Origin: a virus
Lineage: Duplodnaviria; Heunggongvirae; Uroviricota; Caudoviricetes
DNA: 6,062 nt
Strand: one strand, 5' to 3'
Virus record (IMG/VR): IMGVR_UViG_2713896780_000028
Shown: positions 5,784-6,062 of the stretch, one piece after another
Numbering within the stretch: position 1 is the first letter of the stretch
How the letters are laid out: every line of letters starts with the position of its first letter
Position numbers and translations under genes: made by a program
The notes under the pieces: generated by a model
Database searches by the model: none
Told to the model about the DNA's origin: nothing
The model's input: only the letters and a program-made list of their open reading frames with translations

Positions 5784-6062
5784 AGGCAGGTAACTATCAT
5801 GTCAATGAACTAACCCACAGTCTAACGTACTTCTTTCCCCAATCACCAACAACCAAATTCCTGTTATCACCACTGGGATTTTGGCGCAACTTCATGGTGC
5901 AGAGGTAAATAGCATCAAGCAAAATCTCTTTTTCCGTTGTTGTCCTTATGGGACGTCTGTCTTTCTGACCGATTTCATATTGGCGAGGTAATGGGAAGTT
6001 AAGTAGAATAGCTGCGGGTGCTTGAGGCTATCTGCCTCGGGCATGAACACCAACGGCAGATA

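Larger units (their letters stand above)
4456..5800. other. AT-rich (about 27-30% GC) inserted cargo segment within the prophage (moron-like island)
   Basis: Composition changes abruptly at the stop of the 4042-4455 gene. Hand count of 4681-4740 gives 16/60 GC, against 36/60 for 1381-1440. The main gene in the segment is on the opposite strand to the phage operon. Confidence 0.6.

Noticed and set aside
5784-6062. IS-element terminus or tRNA/att site at the right edge
   Set aside because: I could find no terminal inverted repeat, transposase frame or tRNA-like structure, and the sequence matches no IS end I can recall. It is left unassigned.

Overview
The window reads as the immunity and replication region of a lambdoid, Rac-like prophage in an enterobacterial (E. 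coli-like) genome, followed by an AT-rich inserted cargo gene. Left to right: a CI-like repressor on the minus strand (152-571) flanked on both sides by related palindromic 12-mers (putative OL/OR operators); a rightward operon of a Cro-like YdaS-family protein, a YdaT-like protein, an O-like replication initiator with in-gene origin iterons, and a DnaC-like helicase loader; a winged-helix protein with large internal tandem repeats; and a small hypothetical protein. Three runs of exactly 50 N (984-1033, 3286-3335, 3570-3619) are assembly gaps, two of them inside the tandem repeats. From about 4456 to 5800 the GC content drops to roughly 27-30% and the region carries, on the opposite strand, a 257-aa alpha/beta hydrolase with IroE/Fes-type esterase motifs and no signal peptide. 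This esterase island is the most likely place for a novel accessory or defence function. All family assignments are from reading the translations and motifs by eye; no database search was run.
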